A stretch of DNA of 64,000 nt from an uncultured virus (IMG/VR IMGVR_UViG_3300017728_001586) (taxonomy: Duplodnaviria > Heunggongvirae > Uroviricota > Caudoviricetes): the IMG/VR virus record IMGVR_UViG_3300017728_001586; one strand, given 5' to 3'. Below are positions 9,141 to 18,444 of this stretch, piece after piece; position 1 is the first letter of the stretch, and every line of letters begins with the position of its first letter. The notes under the pieces were generated by a model that was not told where the DNA came from, ran no database searches, and worked only from the letters and a program-made list of their open reading frames with translations. A program made the translations under genes and the position numbers.

Positions 9141-9314
9141 TTAGTCCTTTGCTTTACCAACATTTAATGCGACCCAATCAAGTACTTTGTAAGCTTTCTT
9201 GACTATGCCATCATCAACTGGTGTAGGTGTAAGAGCTGCAATTAATGATGCACCCATTACTAACCAGGGTAACACTTGTACCCAAGCAATTATCCATTGA
9301 AGAAATTCCAACAT
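9141..9314 (-). CDS. Small membrane protein, holin-like (57 aa)
   Basis: Hand translation MLEFLQWIIAWVQVLPWLVMGASLIAALTPTPVDDGIVKKAYKVLDWVALNVGKAKD; GGAG RBS. Confidence 0.6.
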   Translation of the reverse strand: MLEFLQWIIAWVQVLPWLVMGASLIAALTPTPVDDGIVKKAYKVLDWVALNVGKAKD

Positions 9315-9353
9315 ATAATACTCCTGTTATTAATTGATTTATAACAGAGGTAT

Positions 9354-9764
9354 TTATGATATGTTAGTGCCTATTGAGTACTTTTGTGTGAGTTTCCACT
9401 GTTGTTTCTCTTTGTAAGGTATAACCTTAATCTGAGAAAGTGGTGCTCTAGGTTCTTCAATTCTCTTTGGGTCAAGTACCTTGACAAGACTCCATTGTCT
9501 CAATAAATCGATTATGGTGTTGCGCCTTGCAACATCTGATTCGTCAAAGTTTGATTGTTTACCATCGAGTTTGAATAACTCTTTGAAGTGGACAATGTAA
9601 TACTTGCCCCTTTTGTGTAGTATGTGACATGACTGAAAAAGTTCTTTTTCTTTTCTTGACGCTACGCCAATTCTAGATAGGGTTTCTCTTATCTTTAAGA
9701 AGTCGTCCTTTTCAGGAAATGTTATTTCTACTAAATCTTTTACTGATTCTAAATTGTCATCCAT
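9354..9764 (-). CDS. regA: Translational repressor RegA
   Basis: DDFLKIRETLSRIGVAS, LFQSCHILHKRGKYYIVHFKELF; T4 order 45-44-62-regA. Confidence 0.95.
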   Translation of the reverse strand: MDDNLESVKDLVEITFPEKDDFLKIRETLSRIGVASRKEKELFQSCHILHKRGKYYIVHFKELFKLDGKQSNFDESDVARRNTIIDLLRQWSLVKVLDPKRIEEPRAPLSQIKVIPYKEKQQWKLTQKYSIGTNIS

Positions 9765-10149
9765 TATTCTTTCCACCAATTTTCATACTGTCTTTCAAGT
9801 CACGATACTGTTTATCATTTAAAAGTTCTAGATATTCTTTGGCTCGTTGTGAGGATACACCAAAGGCGTTCTTCACTGTATCTAATTTCTTACTCTCGTA
9901 AGGTTTATGCCATTTCGAAAATCTCTGCCTTTTTCTAAGAGTATTTATGAAAAACAAGTATTGAAGACGACCCTCAGTCGAATGTCTGGTGTTCATCTCG
10001 TTTACTAGAAAGACTGCATCTTGGTGGTAAGATAATGCCTTATTGATTAGGAAAGGTTGATATGCTTTCTCTTCGATATCATCAACCATGATATCTTTTT
10101 TGTCGTAAGAGACCGACTTAACGAAGTCGAATGGATTTCGTTTTGCCAC
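9757..10149 (-). CDS. gp62: Clamp loader small subunit gp62
   Basis: YQPFLINKALS, NEMN, RKRQRFSKW; synteny. Confidence 0.9.
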   Translation of the reverse strand: MAKRNPFDFVKSVSYDKKDIMVDDIEEKAYQPFLINKALSYHQDAVFLVNEMNTRHSTEGRLQYLFFINTLRKRQRFSKWHKPYESKKLDTVKNAFGVSSQRAKEYLELLNDKQYRDLKDSMKIGGKNNG

Positions 10150-10410
10150 TTAAGTGTTTCTTATGTAAGAGTCAACTAGTGCTTGACCAGTGAGAGCTTC
10201 ACCAAAGTAAATAATCTCACCACTTGACTTTATTGTTCTTTGCACAACACCGTTGTTATATTCAATGTCCATCACTGAACCATCATTGTTTCTGTTGTCG
10301 TACCACATTGAAGTAAAAGAATGTGCATGAATAGATTTAACACCACTTGACCATTTCTCTGCTTCTAATAACAGTCTTTGTCGTTCTACTCTCTCGTTAT
10401 GTTCTGTCAT
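10150..10410 (-). CDS. Hypothetical protein
   Basis: 86 aa ORF tightly packed in operon. Confidence 0.6.
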   Translation of the reverse strand: MTEHNERVERQRLLLEAEKWSSGVKSIHAHSFTSMWYDNRNNDGSVMDIEYNNGVVQRTIKSSGEIIYFGEALTGQALVDSYIRNT

Positions 10411-10510
10411 TGTCTCTACTCTCCCGCCATATTTTATCGGCTTGTCTTTGTAAACTTTTCTCTAAGTGGTAATCAAACCATCTTGCTAACCATTGTCTTA
10501 ATTTACCCAT
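10397..10510 (-). CDS. Small hypothetical protein (37 aa)
   Basis: MGKLRQWLARWFDYHLEKSLQRQADKIWRESRDNDRT fills the gap; start overlaps upstream stop. Confidence 0.5.
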   Translation of the reverse strand: MGKLRQWLARWFDYHLEKSLQRQADKIWRESRDNDRT

Positions 10511-10926
10511 TATGCTTCTTCGTTTGGATTCCAGATTGTTAGGTTTTTAGTTTTAAGTCTATTTACAACTAACTTATATCTACTTCTCTCTTCTTGCCAT
10601 TCTTTTAACCAATTAGAACCATCTCTCTCTGCATCAATAAAGATTGCATTGGTAAATGCCAAAGGTAATAGAATTGCACAATGTATAACAATACTTGCTA
10701 CTGTATTGTAGTTAAAGAAACCTAGATAGTTTGCCGCCAAGAAACCAAAAAACACTGACCATACAGTAAACAACACTAACATAAAGTAAGTTTGTAAACT
10801 TGGGTCAGGTATATACTTTAAAGGATTGTATCTTACATCCATAACTCTTCGCCACCCATTCACAAGGGCAAATGCAGTTCTTCTGAATAAACTTGGTTTT
10901 TTCATCATTGGTTGAATCTTACTCAT
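10510..10926 (-). CDS. Hypothetical two-TM membrane protein
   Basis: 138 aa ORF, GGAG RBS, two hydrophobic segments. Confidence 0.7.
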   Translation of the reverse strand: MSKIQPMMKKPSLFRRTAFALVNGWRRVMDVRYNPLKYIPDPSLQTYFMLVLFTVWSVFFGFLAANYLGFFNYNTVASIVIHCAILLPLAFTNAIFIDAERDGSNWLKEWQEERSRYKLVVNRLKTKNLTIWNPNEEA

Positions 10927-10927
10927 T

Positions 10928-11023
10928 TCATTCTCCGTTAAATCGTATGTATTCTTTTATCACATGAAGTCCTACTGACAACCATGTAATTACTATTAGA
11001 CTCCATATAAGTATTTCAATCAC
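10928..11023 (-). CDS. Small hydrophobic peptide (31 aa)
   Basis: GTG start overlapping gp44 stop (GTGA): (M)IEILIWSLIVITWLSVGLHVIKEYIRFNGE. Confidence 0.45.
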   Translation of the reverse strand: MIEILIWSLIVITWLSVGLHVIKEYIRFNGE

Positions 11024-11964
11024 TTAAATCTACACTCTGACATAATCTCGGTGAGACATGCAGTGAAGTTGATTTCTGAGTCCATTGCAAATGCAGCCTT
11101 GTATTGATAATCAGCAATGAACAAAACAGCTGCAGGTATAGAACTTGGTTCTAATCTTTGTTCAAGTGCATCGAAAACTTTACGATATAAACCATTGAAA
11201 TCATTATCAGAATTCTGAGCAACCCATTTTCTCATGGCAGTCCAGTTTTTCTTTTCAATCATATCAATGAGAGGTGTAAGTTTTTCTTCTGATAATGTCG
11301 CTAGTAGACCACTATCGATTACACCACTTGCACCATATCGTTGTACTTCATTGATGCATCGTCTGAAATCTGGAAAGAACTTTAGTATAAGTTCTACTAA
11401 TACCTTTTCATCATACTTGATACCCTCATTGTCACATATAGATTTTAATCTATCAAGACCACCCATTGCGAGTTTTTGTTTCTCACTCTTAGGTATAGAA
11501 AAATCGATTACAGTACATCTACTATGTAGAGGTGCAATGATTCTATTCTTGTAATTACATGTAAAGATAAATCTACAATTACTTGAGAACTCTTCTATGA
11601 AGTTTCTCAATGCCGGTTGAACTGAATCAGCAGATATATAATCTGCCTCATCAAGAATGACAACTTTAGGACCACCGGCAAGAGATACAGTAGATGCAAA
11701 GTTTTTGATTTTAGTTCGCAAAGTGTCGATAAGTCGGCCTTCGTCACTGCCATTGATAACAATGAAATCAGCGCCTAACTCATTACAGAGTGCCTTAGCG
11801 ACGGTTGTTTTGCCTGTTCCCTGTGAACCACAGAGCATCAGATTTGGTATTTCGTTATTAGAAACAAACTCTTTGAATGTTTTCTTAACGCCTTTTGGTA
11901 GTATAGTATCGTCAATGATAGTGGGACGATACTTTTCTACATATAAAAATTCATTTGTATTCAT
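11020..11964 (-). CDS. gp44: Clamp loader large subunit gp44
   Basis: VEKYRP, Walker A GSQGTGKT, DEAD, SRC motif. Confidence 0.95.
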   Translation of the reverse strand: MNTNEFLYVEKYRPTIIDDTILPKGVKKTFKEFVSNNEIPNLMLCGSQGTGKTTVAKALCNELGADFIVINGSDEGRLIDTLRTKIKNFASTVSLAGGPKVVILDEADYISADSVQPALRNFIEEFSSNCRFIFTCNYKNRIIAPLHSRCTVIDFSIPKSEKQKLAMGGLDRLKSICDNEGIKYDEKVLVELILKFFPDFRRCINEVQRYGASGVIDSGLLATLSEEKLTPLIDMIEKKNWTAMRKWVAQNSDNDFNGLYRKVFDALEQRLEPSSIPAAVLFIADYQYKAAFAMDSEINFTACLTEIMSECRFK

Positions 11965-12078
11965 AATTAAAGAGAACAAACCCCTCCGAGTGTTCGTGTA
12001 TTAGACCATTGATGATGAGATTCTAATACTCCCATGAAAGTAGCGGAGACTGGCGCTGTTTCACACATAATATATATG

Positions 12079-12744
12079 TTAAGCGCTGTAAGAACTATCT
12101 GGTTCTAAAGCAATAAAGTACTCTAAATCTACATCTTTATTCTTAAAGTGTGAGATGCCTTTAGAAGATACTGCAACTGTATAGTTGCCATCTAAAACTT
12201 TCAAGTTCTCAATCTTGAAGTTCATTGTGAATGTTGCACCATTGCCTTCGCCTACAGTTCTACTGAATGTATTTGAAGTTGTGTTCTTTTTATCAGTCAC
12301 TTGCATCTCGATTTTAGTACCATCGGATGTAAGAACTAAATCATTTACACCTAATACTGAAGCTGCCTTTTGCAATTCAGTTAGAAGTGTAGAAGTTAAG
12401 TCAATACTAATCTCTGCATCTGGCATGGTAATCATCTTCTCTGGTGAAGTGACCATACCCTCTGAGGCATAGAAATATGTTAGAGATGTATCAGCATCTG
12501 CAATCGCCAACGAAGCTTCGTTGAAGTTGAAGTCTGGATTCTCCATTAGACTTGTTGCACCTAGAAATTCTACTAGATTGTAGATACTAAATGACTTGTC
12601 GAATGTTTCTGGTATCGTTGCGACTGCCAGTATATTCTTCATGTTAGATATCGTCTTAAGTTGATTACCTGAATCAACTTTGATACCTGAATTAATAGTA
12701 GCGAAGTTTTTTAATATCGCCTTTGTTTCACTTGAAATTTTCAT
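12079..12744 (-). CDS. gp45: Sliding clamp gp45
   Basis: LKNFATINSGI start, YFIALE end; synteny. Confidence 0.93.
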   Translation of the reverse strand: MKISSETKAILKNFATINSGIKVDSGNQLKTISNMKNILAVATIPETFDKSFSIYNLVEFLGATSLMENPDFNFNEASLAIADADTSLTYFYASEGMVTSPEKMITMPDAEISIDLTSTLLTELQKAASVLGVNDLVLTSDGTKIEMQVTDKKNTTSNTFSRTVGEGNGATFTMNFKIENLKVLDGNYTVAVSSKGISHFKNKDVDLEYFIALEPDSSYSA

Positions 12745-13076
12745 TTCTTGTCTCCTTTATAGCCTGCTTCTTCAAGCATTAATTTATCGTGATTGTTCAA
12801 TGCAAGGAATCCATAATGAATTACCTTTAAAAGGTCGGCACGATTTTTCCCACCTTTTTTGCCATATCGTTGGGCATACTTTAAAATATTCCCAATACAG
12901 AAACCTTCACCGTGTCCTGCATCCATAATGAATTCAGTTGCCTGATATTTGTTCAGACTGTAGTGTTGGTCATATGTTGAGTCTACATAAGAAGAGAACT
13001 CCTTTAGAAGTTCTCCCTCATTGTATTTGTAGTCAATACCACTTTTGGTGTTAGTTGACTTAGTAAATAAACCCAT
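12741..13076 (-). CDS. DUF3310-like protein
   Basis: TYDQHY..GFCIGNILKYAQRYGKK..DLLKVIHY motif. Confidence 0.7.
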   Translation of the reverse strand: MGLFTKSTNTKSGIDYKYNEGELLKEFSSYVDSTYDQHYSLNKYQATEFIMDAGHGEGFCIGNILKYAQRYGKKGGKNRADLLKVIHYGFLALNNHDKLMLEEAGYKGDKK

Positions 13077-13077
13077 A

Positions 13078-14310
13078 TTAATCATTATACTCTGAAGACT
13101 CTGAATCGTCAACAGGGTTTTCTAAATGAACACCATCGTCAACTTTGGTGTAGAGGTCTAGAACAGCATTTCTAGTTTCTTCATCGAATCTTGAAATACA
13201 CATTGTAATCGCCTTGAGTTTGTCACCAAACATCTTGTAAGCACTGACAATGTGAACAAGTCTTCTTGTTGTAATCACATCATCAATGGCGCCTTCATAA
13301 TAAGTTTTTCTGATTATGTCAGCCCAATCAACTAGTTTCTTAACGAAGTCTTCATCGACATCGCCAGTCAAAGCCATTTCTTGTTTCAGAATATTTCTCT
13401 CAGTAGTCACTGGTGGATATTCTTGTTGCATAGTGATAGCGAATCTTTCAAGCATCGCCTCATTCATGATTTGAGTACCAATGAACTTGCCATCTTCAGA
13501 CCCTTGGCCCTTGGTGTTGGCAGTAGCGACAACAGTAAACCCTGGTGTCGGTGTGACCCACTCACCAGTTTTCTTGATAAGGTAACCTTTGCCCTCAAGA
13601 ACTGATTGTAGACACATCATTTTGTTAGACCCTAAGTCTACTTCGTCAAGAAGTAATACAGCGCCTTTTCTCATTGCCTTGATAACTGGACCTTCTCTGA
13701 AGATGATGTTACCATTCTGCAAAGTGTGACCACCCATTAGGTCGTCTTCGTCTGTCTCAATAGTGATATTGACTCTGAAGAGTTCTCTATTCAATTGAGC
13801 ACAAGTTTGTTCAATCATTAATGTTTTACCATTACCTGAAAGACCAGTCACAAAGAAAGGGAAGAACATTTTAGATTTGATTATGTTCTTGACATCTTTA
13901 GCATGACCAAACGGTACATAGTTTGGCATTTTTTCTGGAATGATTTTTACATTATCATCAATCATGTTGACCGAAGCAGTAGCAGCGGCAACTGGCATTT
14001 GTTGAACTTGAGGTGCAACTTTTGGAACTGTTAAAGGTTCTGGTTTAGAAACTGCAACAGTCGTACCGTTATTATCAATCGCAAGGATTGGTGTTAGATT
14101 GAAAACAGCACCATCTTTAAAATTGTACCTGTTTGATTTCAACCAGTATGGAAAATGGCCCAATGAATTGAACTGCTCTTTCGAGAATTGCAATTGATTC
14201 GGATATTTCTCCTTTAATGCCTGAATGAATTCTTTCCTGTCAGGTGTCAGGTGGAAATTTTTATCTCCCAGATTTATCGACTCTGTTGGGTCGTATGTCC
14301 ACTTACTCAT
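13078..14310 (-). CDS. cobS: CobS-like MoxR AAA+ ATPase
   Basis: GLSGNGKT, LLLDEVD, ATANTKGQG, NEAMLERF, TRRL. Confidence 0.85.
   Translation of the reverse strand: MSKWTYDPTESINLGDKNFHLTPDRKEFIQALKEKYPNQLQFSKEQFNSLGHFPYWLKSNRYNFKDGAVFNLTPILAIDNNGTTVAVSKPEPLTVPKVAPQVQQMPVAAATASVNMIDDNVKIIPEKMPNYVPFGHAKDVKNIIKSKMFFPFFVTGLSGNGKTLMIEQTCAQLNRELFRVNITIETDEDDLMGGHTLQNGNIIFREGPVIKAMRKGAVLLLDEVDLGSNKMMCLQSVLEGKGYLIKKTGEWVTPTPGFTVVATANTKGQGSEDGKFIGTQIMNEAMLERFAITMQQEYPPVTTERNILKQEMALTGDVDEDFVKKLVDWADIIRKTYYEGAIDDVITTRRLVHIVSAYKMFGDKLKAITMCISRFDEETRNAVLDLYTKVDDGVHLENPVDDSESSEYND
13084..13121 (-). promoter_or_regulatory. Sigma70-like promoter
   Basis: AAAACCCT-G-TTGACG-N17-TATAAT at the 3' end of the CobS-like gene. 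Confidence 0.65.
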
Positions 14311-14352
14311 AATTTGTCTCCGTTAAAGTAGTTTTATTTCTCATCAGTTATT

Positions 14353-14385
14353 ATCCTATCAAAAAGTTAGGGTCATTGTCAACCC
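14353..14385 (-). promoter_or_regulatory. Repeated early-type promoter, copy 1
   Basis: GGG-TTGACA-ATGACCCTAACTTTTTGA-TAGGAT. Confidence 0.75.
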
Positions 14386-14618
14386 TATTCAATTTCTTTT
14401 AGTAATCTTTCCATGTCAATTGCAATAGAGGTCTTCTGACCTTTTCTCATTGTGGTGTATGAGTCGTTGTTAACCCAAAACCTAAATGCCTTACATTCAA
14501 CCTCTTCTTCGCCACAAGCCTTTTGCCTAGGGCAATCAAACTTTACGCAAGGTCCTTTACCGACCTGTTGTATGGCGTCTTGAAATTTATCAATATTAAT
14601 AGTACCTATCATTTCCAT
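14385..14618 (-). CDS. Small Cys-rich hypothetical protein
   Basis: 77 aa, four Cys (C-x4-C-x5-C-x6-C). Confidence 0.6.
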   Translation of the reverse strand: MEMIGTINIDKFQDAIQQVGKGPCVKFDCPRQKACGEEEVECKAFRFWVNNDSYTTMRKGQKTSIAIDMERLLKEIE

Positions 14619-16996
14619 TATGCAATCTCCTTTATAAATTCGTTAGTTAGAAATCTTGATGTTGACTTGCCTTTCTGATTTCTTTTGAAAGCGGCAGTCA
14701 CTCTGTTTTTGTTTGCACCAATGAACTCTTCGCCAAGTTCATCTTCGCCTGTCGTAGCAAGATTAGATGCAGTGGTCAAGAACAATTTGTTGTAACCCTT
14801 GGTGTCAACTACTACACCTGATTTTCTCATATCTCTCCACAACCCATCAACTTCTTCCCAAAAGTTTGGTATAATGTATTCACCCATTTGTTGAAAGTCT
14901 CTTTTCTTGGTGAAGACAAAGTAACCAGTCACGGTCACATTACAAGTTTCTGATAACCACTCTAAGATGTTTTGAGTTTTCTCGAAGTCGTTTCTACCAT
15001 ATCTTGAATTAGTCGTGTAAAGGAAGTTCTTGTTGATGTATGGGTCAATGAAACTTCTCTCTCTCTGAGCAGACCAGTAGTAATCATCGCCTGCCTGAGC
15101 CTTATAGTCAGCAGACTCAACTTCTGATTCGTCAAAGAAGTCACTTCTGAAACTGAACCCATCGGTGATGATTGTTAGAATTGATTTCTCAATACCATAC
15201 TGTCTGTTGAACTCTGGTAAGAATTTTCTCATAGCAACTAAACATTCGTCAAGTGGTGTACCACCCAATCTGTAATTATCAGGACAGCAGTATCTTGAGA
15301 ATCTTGAATCACCCCAATATGAAGTACCTGATTCCCATTCTTGAATAGAACTGAATACTGAATTGTACTCTTCGATTAGTTTCTGACCTTTCGGTGAACC
15401 AGCCCAGCAATCATGAAGTTCATTGTGCATGTACCCAACAAGGATACAAGATAAGTAATCTAACATCTCTGAATATTTTCTATTAGATATTTCGTTAGAC
15501 ATAATCTCAACAAGTTTTGCCTTGCCACTTGAGTAGTCATATCTGTCTTGTCTTACAATAGAATCTGAGAAGAGATATACTCTGTAAGGAATGTTTACTT
15601 TTCTACAGAACTCTGAAAGTATAATTGATTGTTCTAACATGTCAGCAGCTTCGTTGTGAATAGAACCAGACCAGTCAAGTAAAACATTGACACCATGGTT
15701 CTTGCCATCTGGAATGTAAGTGACTCTTTTGAAGATATCATCTACAATCTGATACTTAGCAAGTCTATTCATATCAAGGTCACCACTAGTGCCTGTATAT
15801 GCCTTTGCACTTCTATGTGCATTTTGTCTTAACTCAAACTCTTTTGCCATATGGGCAACAATCTTTTTGTTTTTGTTTTGAAGATGTTTTCTGTAATGTT
15901 TACCAAGAACTAAAGTATTACTTCTCTCGTTGACAGTTTCTTGTTTTCTCTCTTCAGTGTAGTATCTTGGGTCTTCTTTTATCAACTTGTCATAGTCAAC
16001 ACCAGCAAACCAACTCTGCCAATCAGATGTAATTTGTTTGTTGTCATAAATCATTGCATCTATATCAGTACTTTTGAATCTAGTTCTCAAATCAATATTA
16101 GTTTTGATGTTTGCCTTTTCGTCAACAAAATCATCTTCATTATTATGTGCATAGTGTTCAGTGATTGACTCTCTGGCGCCATCTAATTCATCATATTTGC
16201 CATCGAACTTGCCACCCTTGGCGCCAGATTCTACAAGAGTCTCTTCAACTTTATCACCCTCTTCTTCTATGTCACCCTCTGTATTTGATTTGTATTCTTC
16301 TTCTTCACTCTCTGGTTCATCATCTGACTCTTCACCACTCATTGGAGATGATTCAGTCTCGTCTTCTTCATCGCCATCTTCTGATTCAGGTATTTGCATC
16401 TTAGAAAGTTTTTCGTCTTCTTCATCTCTCTCTTCATTTTCTTTAGAGTATTCGTAGATTGAATTTGCACATTCAACAACTTCTTCCCAAGTCTTACAGT
16501 CTTCTGCCATTTGCAAGAATTCTTGTTCGGTGTCATTTAGTTTGATGTTGACTCTAGAACCACACTTAGTAATAAGATTGATTTTGTCAATCAATGCAAG
16601 TTCTTGTAAGTTTCTACCCTTGATGCCGAAGAAGTTTTTTTCCATAAGTTCATTGTATGCCTTAAAGAAAGAAGTTCTCAACCCTTGATATTTTTGTTTG
16701 ATTGCCTTTTCGATTCTCACATCTTCTACAACATTAAGATAACCCTTAAGAGTTCTATTCTCAGTTAGTGTAGAGTGAAGTCCCTCGTAAGGAGTATTCA
16801 GTGCATGACCAACTTCGTGTCCCATGAACAAGTCATATAGTTCAGGAGAAATATCATCTTTGAAAGTAGGACAAGCAAGTACCCTATTCTTAACATCAAA
16901 GTATGCAGTCGGTATTTTTTTATGTACAATCGTAAGATTTTCTGTTGCCATTAATCTTGCGAGAGAGTCTTTTTGGTTTTTAAGTTTTTCTGTCAT
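14618..16996 (-). CDS. CobT-like metallopeptidase-motif/VWA protein, partner of CobS-like ATPase
   Basis: HEVGH, NVVEDVRIE, acidic linker, MIDAS-like DWSGS, GGTPL, ITDG. Confidence 0.8.
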   Translation of the reverse strand: MTEKLKNQKDSLARLMATENLTIVHKKIPTAYFDVKNRVLACPTFKDDISPELYDLFMGHEVGHALNTPYEGLHSTLTENRTLKGYLNVVEDVRIEKAIKQKYQGLRTSFFKAYNELMEKNFFGIKGRNLQELALIDKINLITKCGSRVNIKLNDTEQEFLQMAEDCKTWEEVVECANSIYEYSKENEERDEEDEKLSKMQIPESEDGDEEDETESSPMSGEESDDEPESEEEEYKSNTEGDIEEEGDKVEETLVESGAKGGKFDGKYDELDGARESITEHYAHNNEDDFVDEKANIKTNIDLRTRFKSTDIDAMIYDNKQITSDWQSWFAGVDYDKLIKEDPRYYTEERKQETVNERSNTLVLGKHYRKHLQNKNKKIVAHMAKEFELRQNAHRSAKAYTGTSGDLDMNRLAKYQIVDDIFKRVTYIPDGKNHGVNVLLDWSGSIHNEAADMLEQSIILSEFCRKVNIPYRVYLFSDSIVRQDRYDYSSGKAKLVEIMSNEISNRKYSEMLDYLSCILVGYMHNELHDCWAGSPKGQKLIEEYNSVFSSIQEWESGTSYWGDSRFSRYCCPDNYRLGGTPLDECLVAMRKFLPEFNRQYGIEKSILTIITDGFSFRSDFFDESEVESADYKAQAGDDYYWSAQRERSFIDPYINKNFLYTTNSRYGRNDFEKTQNILEWLSETCNVTVTGYFVFTKKRDFQQMGEYIIPNFWEEVDGLWRDMRKSGVVVDTKGYNKLFLTTASNLATTGEDELGEEFIGANKNRVTAAFKRNQKGKSTSRFLTNEFIKEIA

Positions 16997-17002
16997 GTTT
17001 AT

Positions 17003-17035
17003 ATCCTACTAAAAAGTGAAGGTCATTGTCAACCC
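17003..17035 (-). promoter_or_regulatory. Repeated early-type promoter, copy 2
   Basis: GGG-TTGACA-ATGACCTTCACTTTTTAG-TAGGAT. Confidence 0.75.
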
Positions 17036-17224
17036 CTACAGGTTGTCTACTGTTGATTCGATACTGTTTACGATTGATTCGATTGAACCCACATCACTTT
17101 CAAGTGAACTGACTTTGGAATCTATACTGTCTATTAAAGATTCTAATTGATTGAGCTTGCTCTCAAGATTGTCTCCAATCTCTATGAGTTTATTCATTAT
17201 TTGTGTTTCTGTTGGATGTCCCAT
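17036..17224 (-). CDS. Small acidic coiled-coil protein
   Basis: Heptad pattern; AGGAG RBS; own promoter. Confidence 0.65.
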   Translation of the reverse strand: MGHPTETQIMNKLIEIGDNLESKLNQLESLIDSIDSKVSSLESDVGSIESIVNSIESTVDNL

Positions 17225-17250
17225 TTCTTCTCCTTTTTTGATTCAGGAGT

Positions 17251-17283
17251 ATGGTAACAAAAAGTTAGGGTCGCTGTCAACCC
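17251..17283 (-). promoter_or_regulatory. Repeated early-type promoter, copy 3
   Basis: GGG-TTGACA-GCGACCCTAACTTTTTGT-TACCAT. Confidence 0.7.
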
Positions 17284-17865
17284 CTAGGTATTTCGAATAT
17301 TGTCTTCGTTTAGATTTAGGTCATCGACTGGATATAAAGGCATGGTTCTATCGATGTCTGTGGTGAACCACATTGCGACTGTATGTCGTGGGTGTCTTCT
17401 AACTTTCTCAACACCATGTGGAATGTAGATGCCTTGAAATAAAAGGCCTGAACCTGTTTCTGGTTCGTATACTTCTCCGTCTGGTATATAAGTTCTACCA
17501 CCCTTAAAATTATCATTGAGATAAAGAATACAAGTCCATTCTCTAGCAGGTTTCTCTTCGTGTGTTCCGGCGTTCATCTGTTGATTTGAATATGTATCTA
17601 AATGTGGTGCTTGAACTCCGCCTATTGGCCATTCATTAATACCCACCATTTCAGGAAATACAACTTGGTCTGATATCTTTCTTATTTCGCCTATGAGATT
17701 GACCATGACTTCGGCAATCCATTTTCTTATTAAATTATTCTGAATATGCATAAGTCTGATACCTGTGTAATCAGACCCATCACCAATTGCTGTTAAGTGT
17801 CTATGACTCTTGTGAAACTCTATCATCTGTTGACACTGTTCCTGTGTCATTAGATTCTGAATCAT
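17284..17865 (-). CDS. 2OG-Fe(II) oxygenase (prolyl-4-hydroxylase-like)
   Basis: HLD...ILYLNDNFKGG...HGV...R motif set. Confidence 0.85.
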   Translation of the reverse strand: MIQNLMTQEQCQQMIEFHKSHRHLTAIGDGSDYTGIRLMHIQNNLIRKWIAEVMVNLIGEIRKISDQVVFPEMVGINEWPIGGVQAPHLDTYSNQQMNAGTHEEKPAREWTCILYLNDNFKGGRTYIPDGEVYEPETGSGLLFQGIYIPHGVEKVRRHPRHTVAMWFTTDIDRTMPLYPVDDLNLNEDNIRNT

Positions 17866-18436
17866 CTTTGGTGGATTGCATTTCTTGGAAGTATCTTGCG
17901 AGTGCAATTCTTCTTTCATACTCTAACCTCTTCTTTCTTTCTTTTACTCTTGCCTTTTGAGCTCGTTCAAGTTTTAATCTAGATGCTCTCTGTAAAAATA
18001 GTATACCGTTCAAGTGGTCAATTTCGTGTTGAACACATCTTGCACCTATGCCTTCTAGTACAGCACTTTTCTCTTCACCTGTTTCATCTTGATATGTAAA
18101 TTCGATTGTCTTTGACCTTTTAATCATTAAGAATAAATCTGGAAAGGATAGACAACCCTCTTTCATTAAGTCCGTGTCTTGAGATACTCTAGTCAACTTA
18201 GGGTTGAAATAAGGAAGAACTTTAGACTCTTCGTCACCCTCGTGCATAGTTCTCATAACAAACAATCTATACGGTAAACCAACTTGATTTGCCGATAGAC
18301 CTAAACCACCAAACTTCTCCATTGCTTCTGCCAAGTTCTTGGTAATTTCTGCTGGGTCTTCTGGTGGATTTTCAAAGTCAAACTCCGGAGGTGGAGTTCT
18401 TAATACTTGTGATGCTTCTTCTATTAATTGATACAT
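17801..18436 (-). CDS. def: Peptide deformylase
   Basis: GLGLSANQVG, EGCLS, QHEIDHLNG. Confidence 0.95.
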   Translation of the reverse strand: MYQLIEEASQVLRTPPPEFDFENPPEDPAEITKNLAEAMEKFGGLGLSANQVGLPYRLFVMRTMHEGDEESKVLPYFNPKLTRVSQDTDLMKEGCLSFPDLFLMIKRSKTIEFTYQDETGEEKSAVLEGIGARCVQHEIDHLNGILFLQRASRLKLERAQKARVKERKKRLEYERRIALARYFQEMQSTKDDSESNDTGTVSTDDRVSQES

Positions 18437-18444
18437 AGTTTTAT

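Noticed and set aside
12008..12042. Hammerhead ribozyme (TGATGA...GAAA on plus strand)
   Set aside because: Lacks the CUGANGA core in correct stem context; stems I and III could not be built.
13078..16996. Cobalamin biosynthesis function for the cobS/cobT-like genes
   Set aside because: No cobN or other cob genes in the window; MoxR ATPase + VWA pairs are general chaperone-like modules in T4-like phages.
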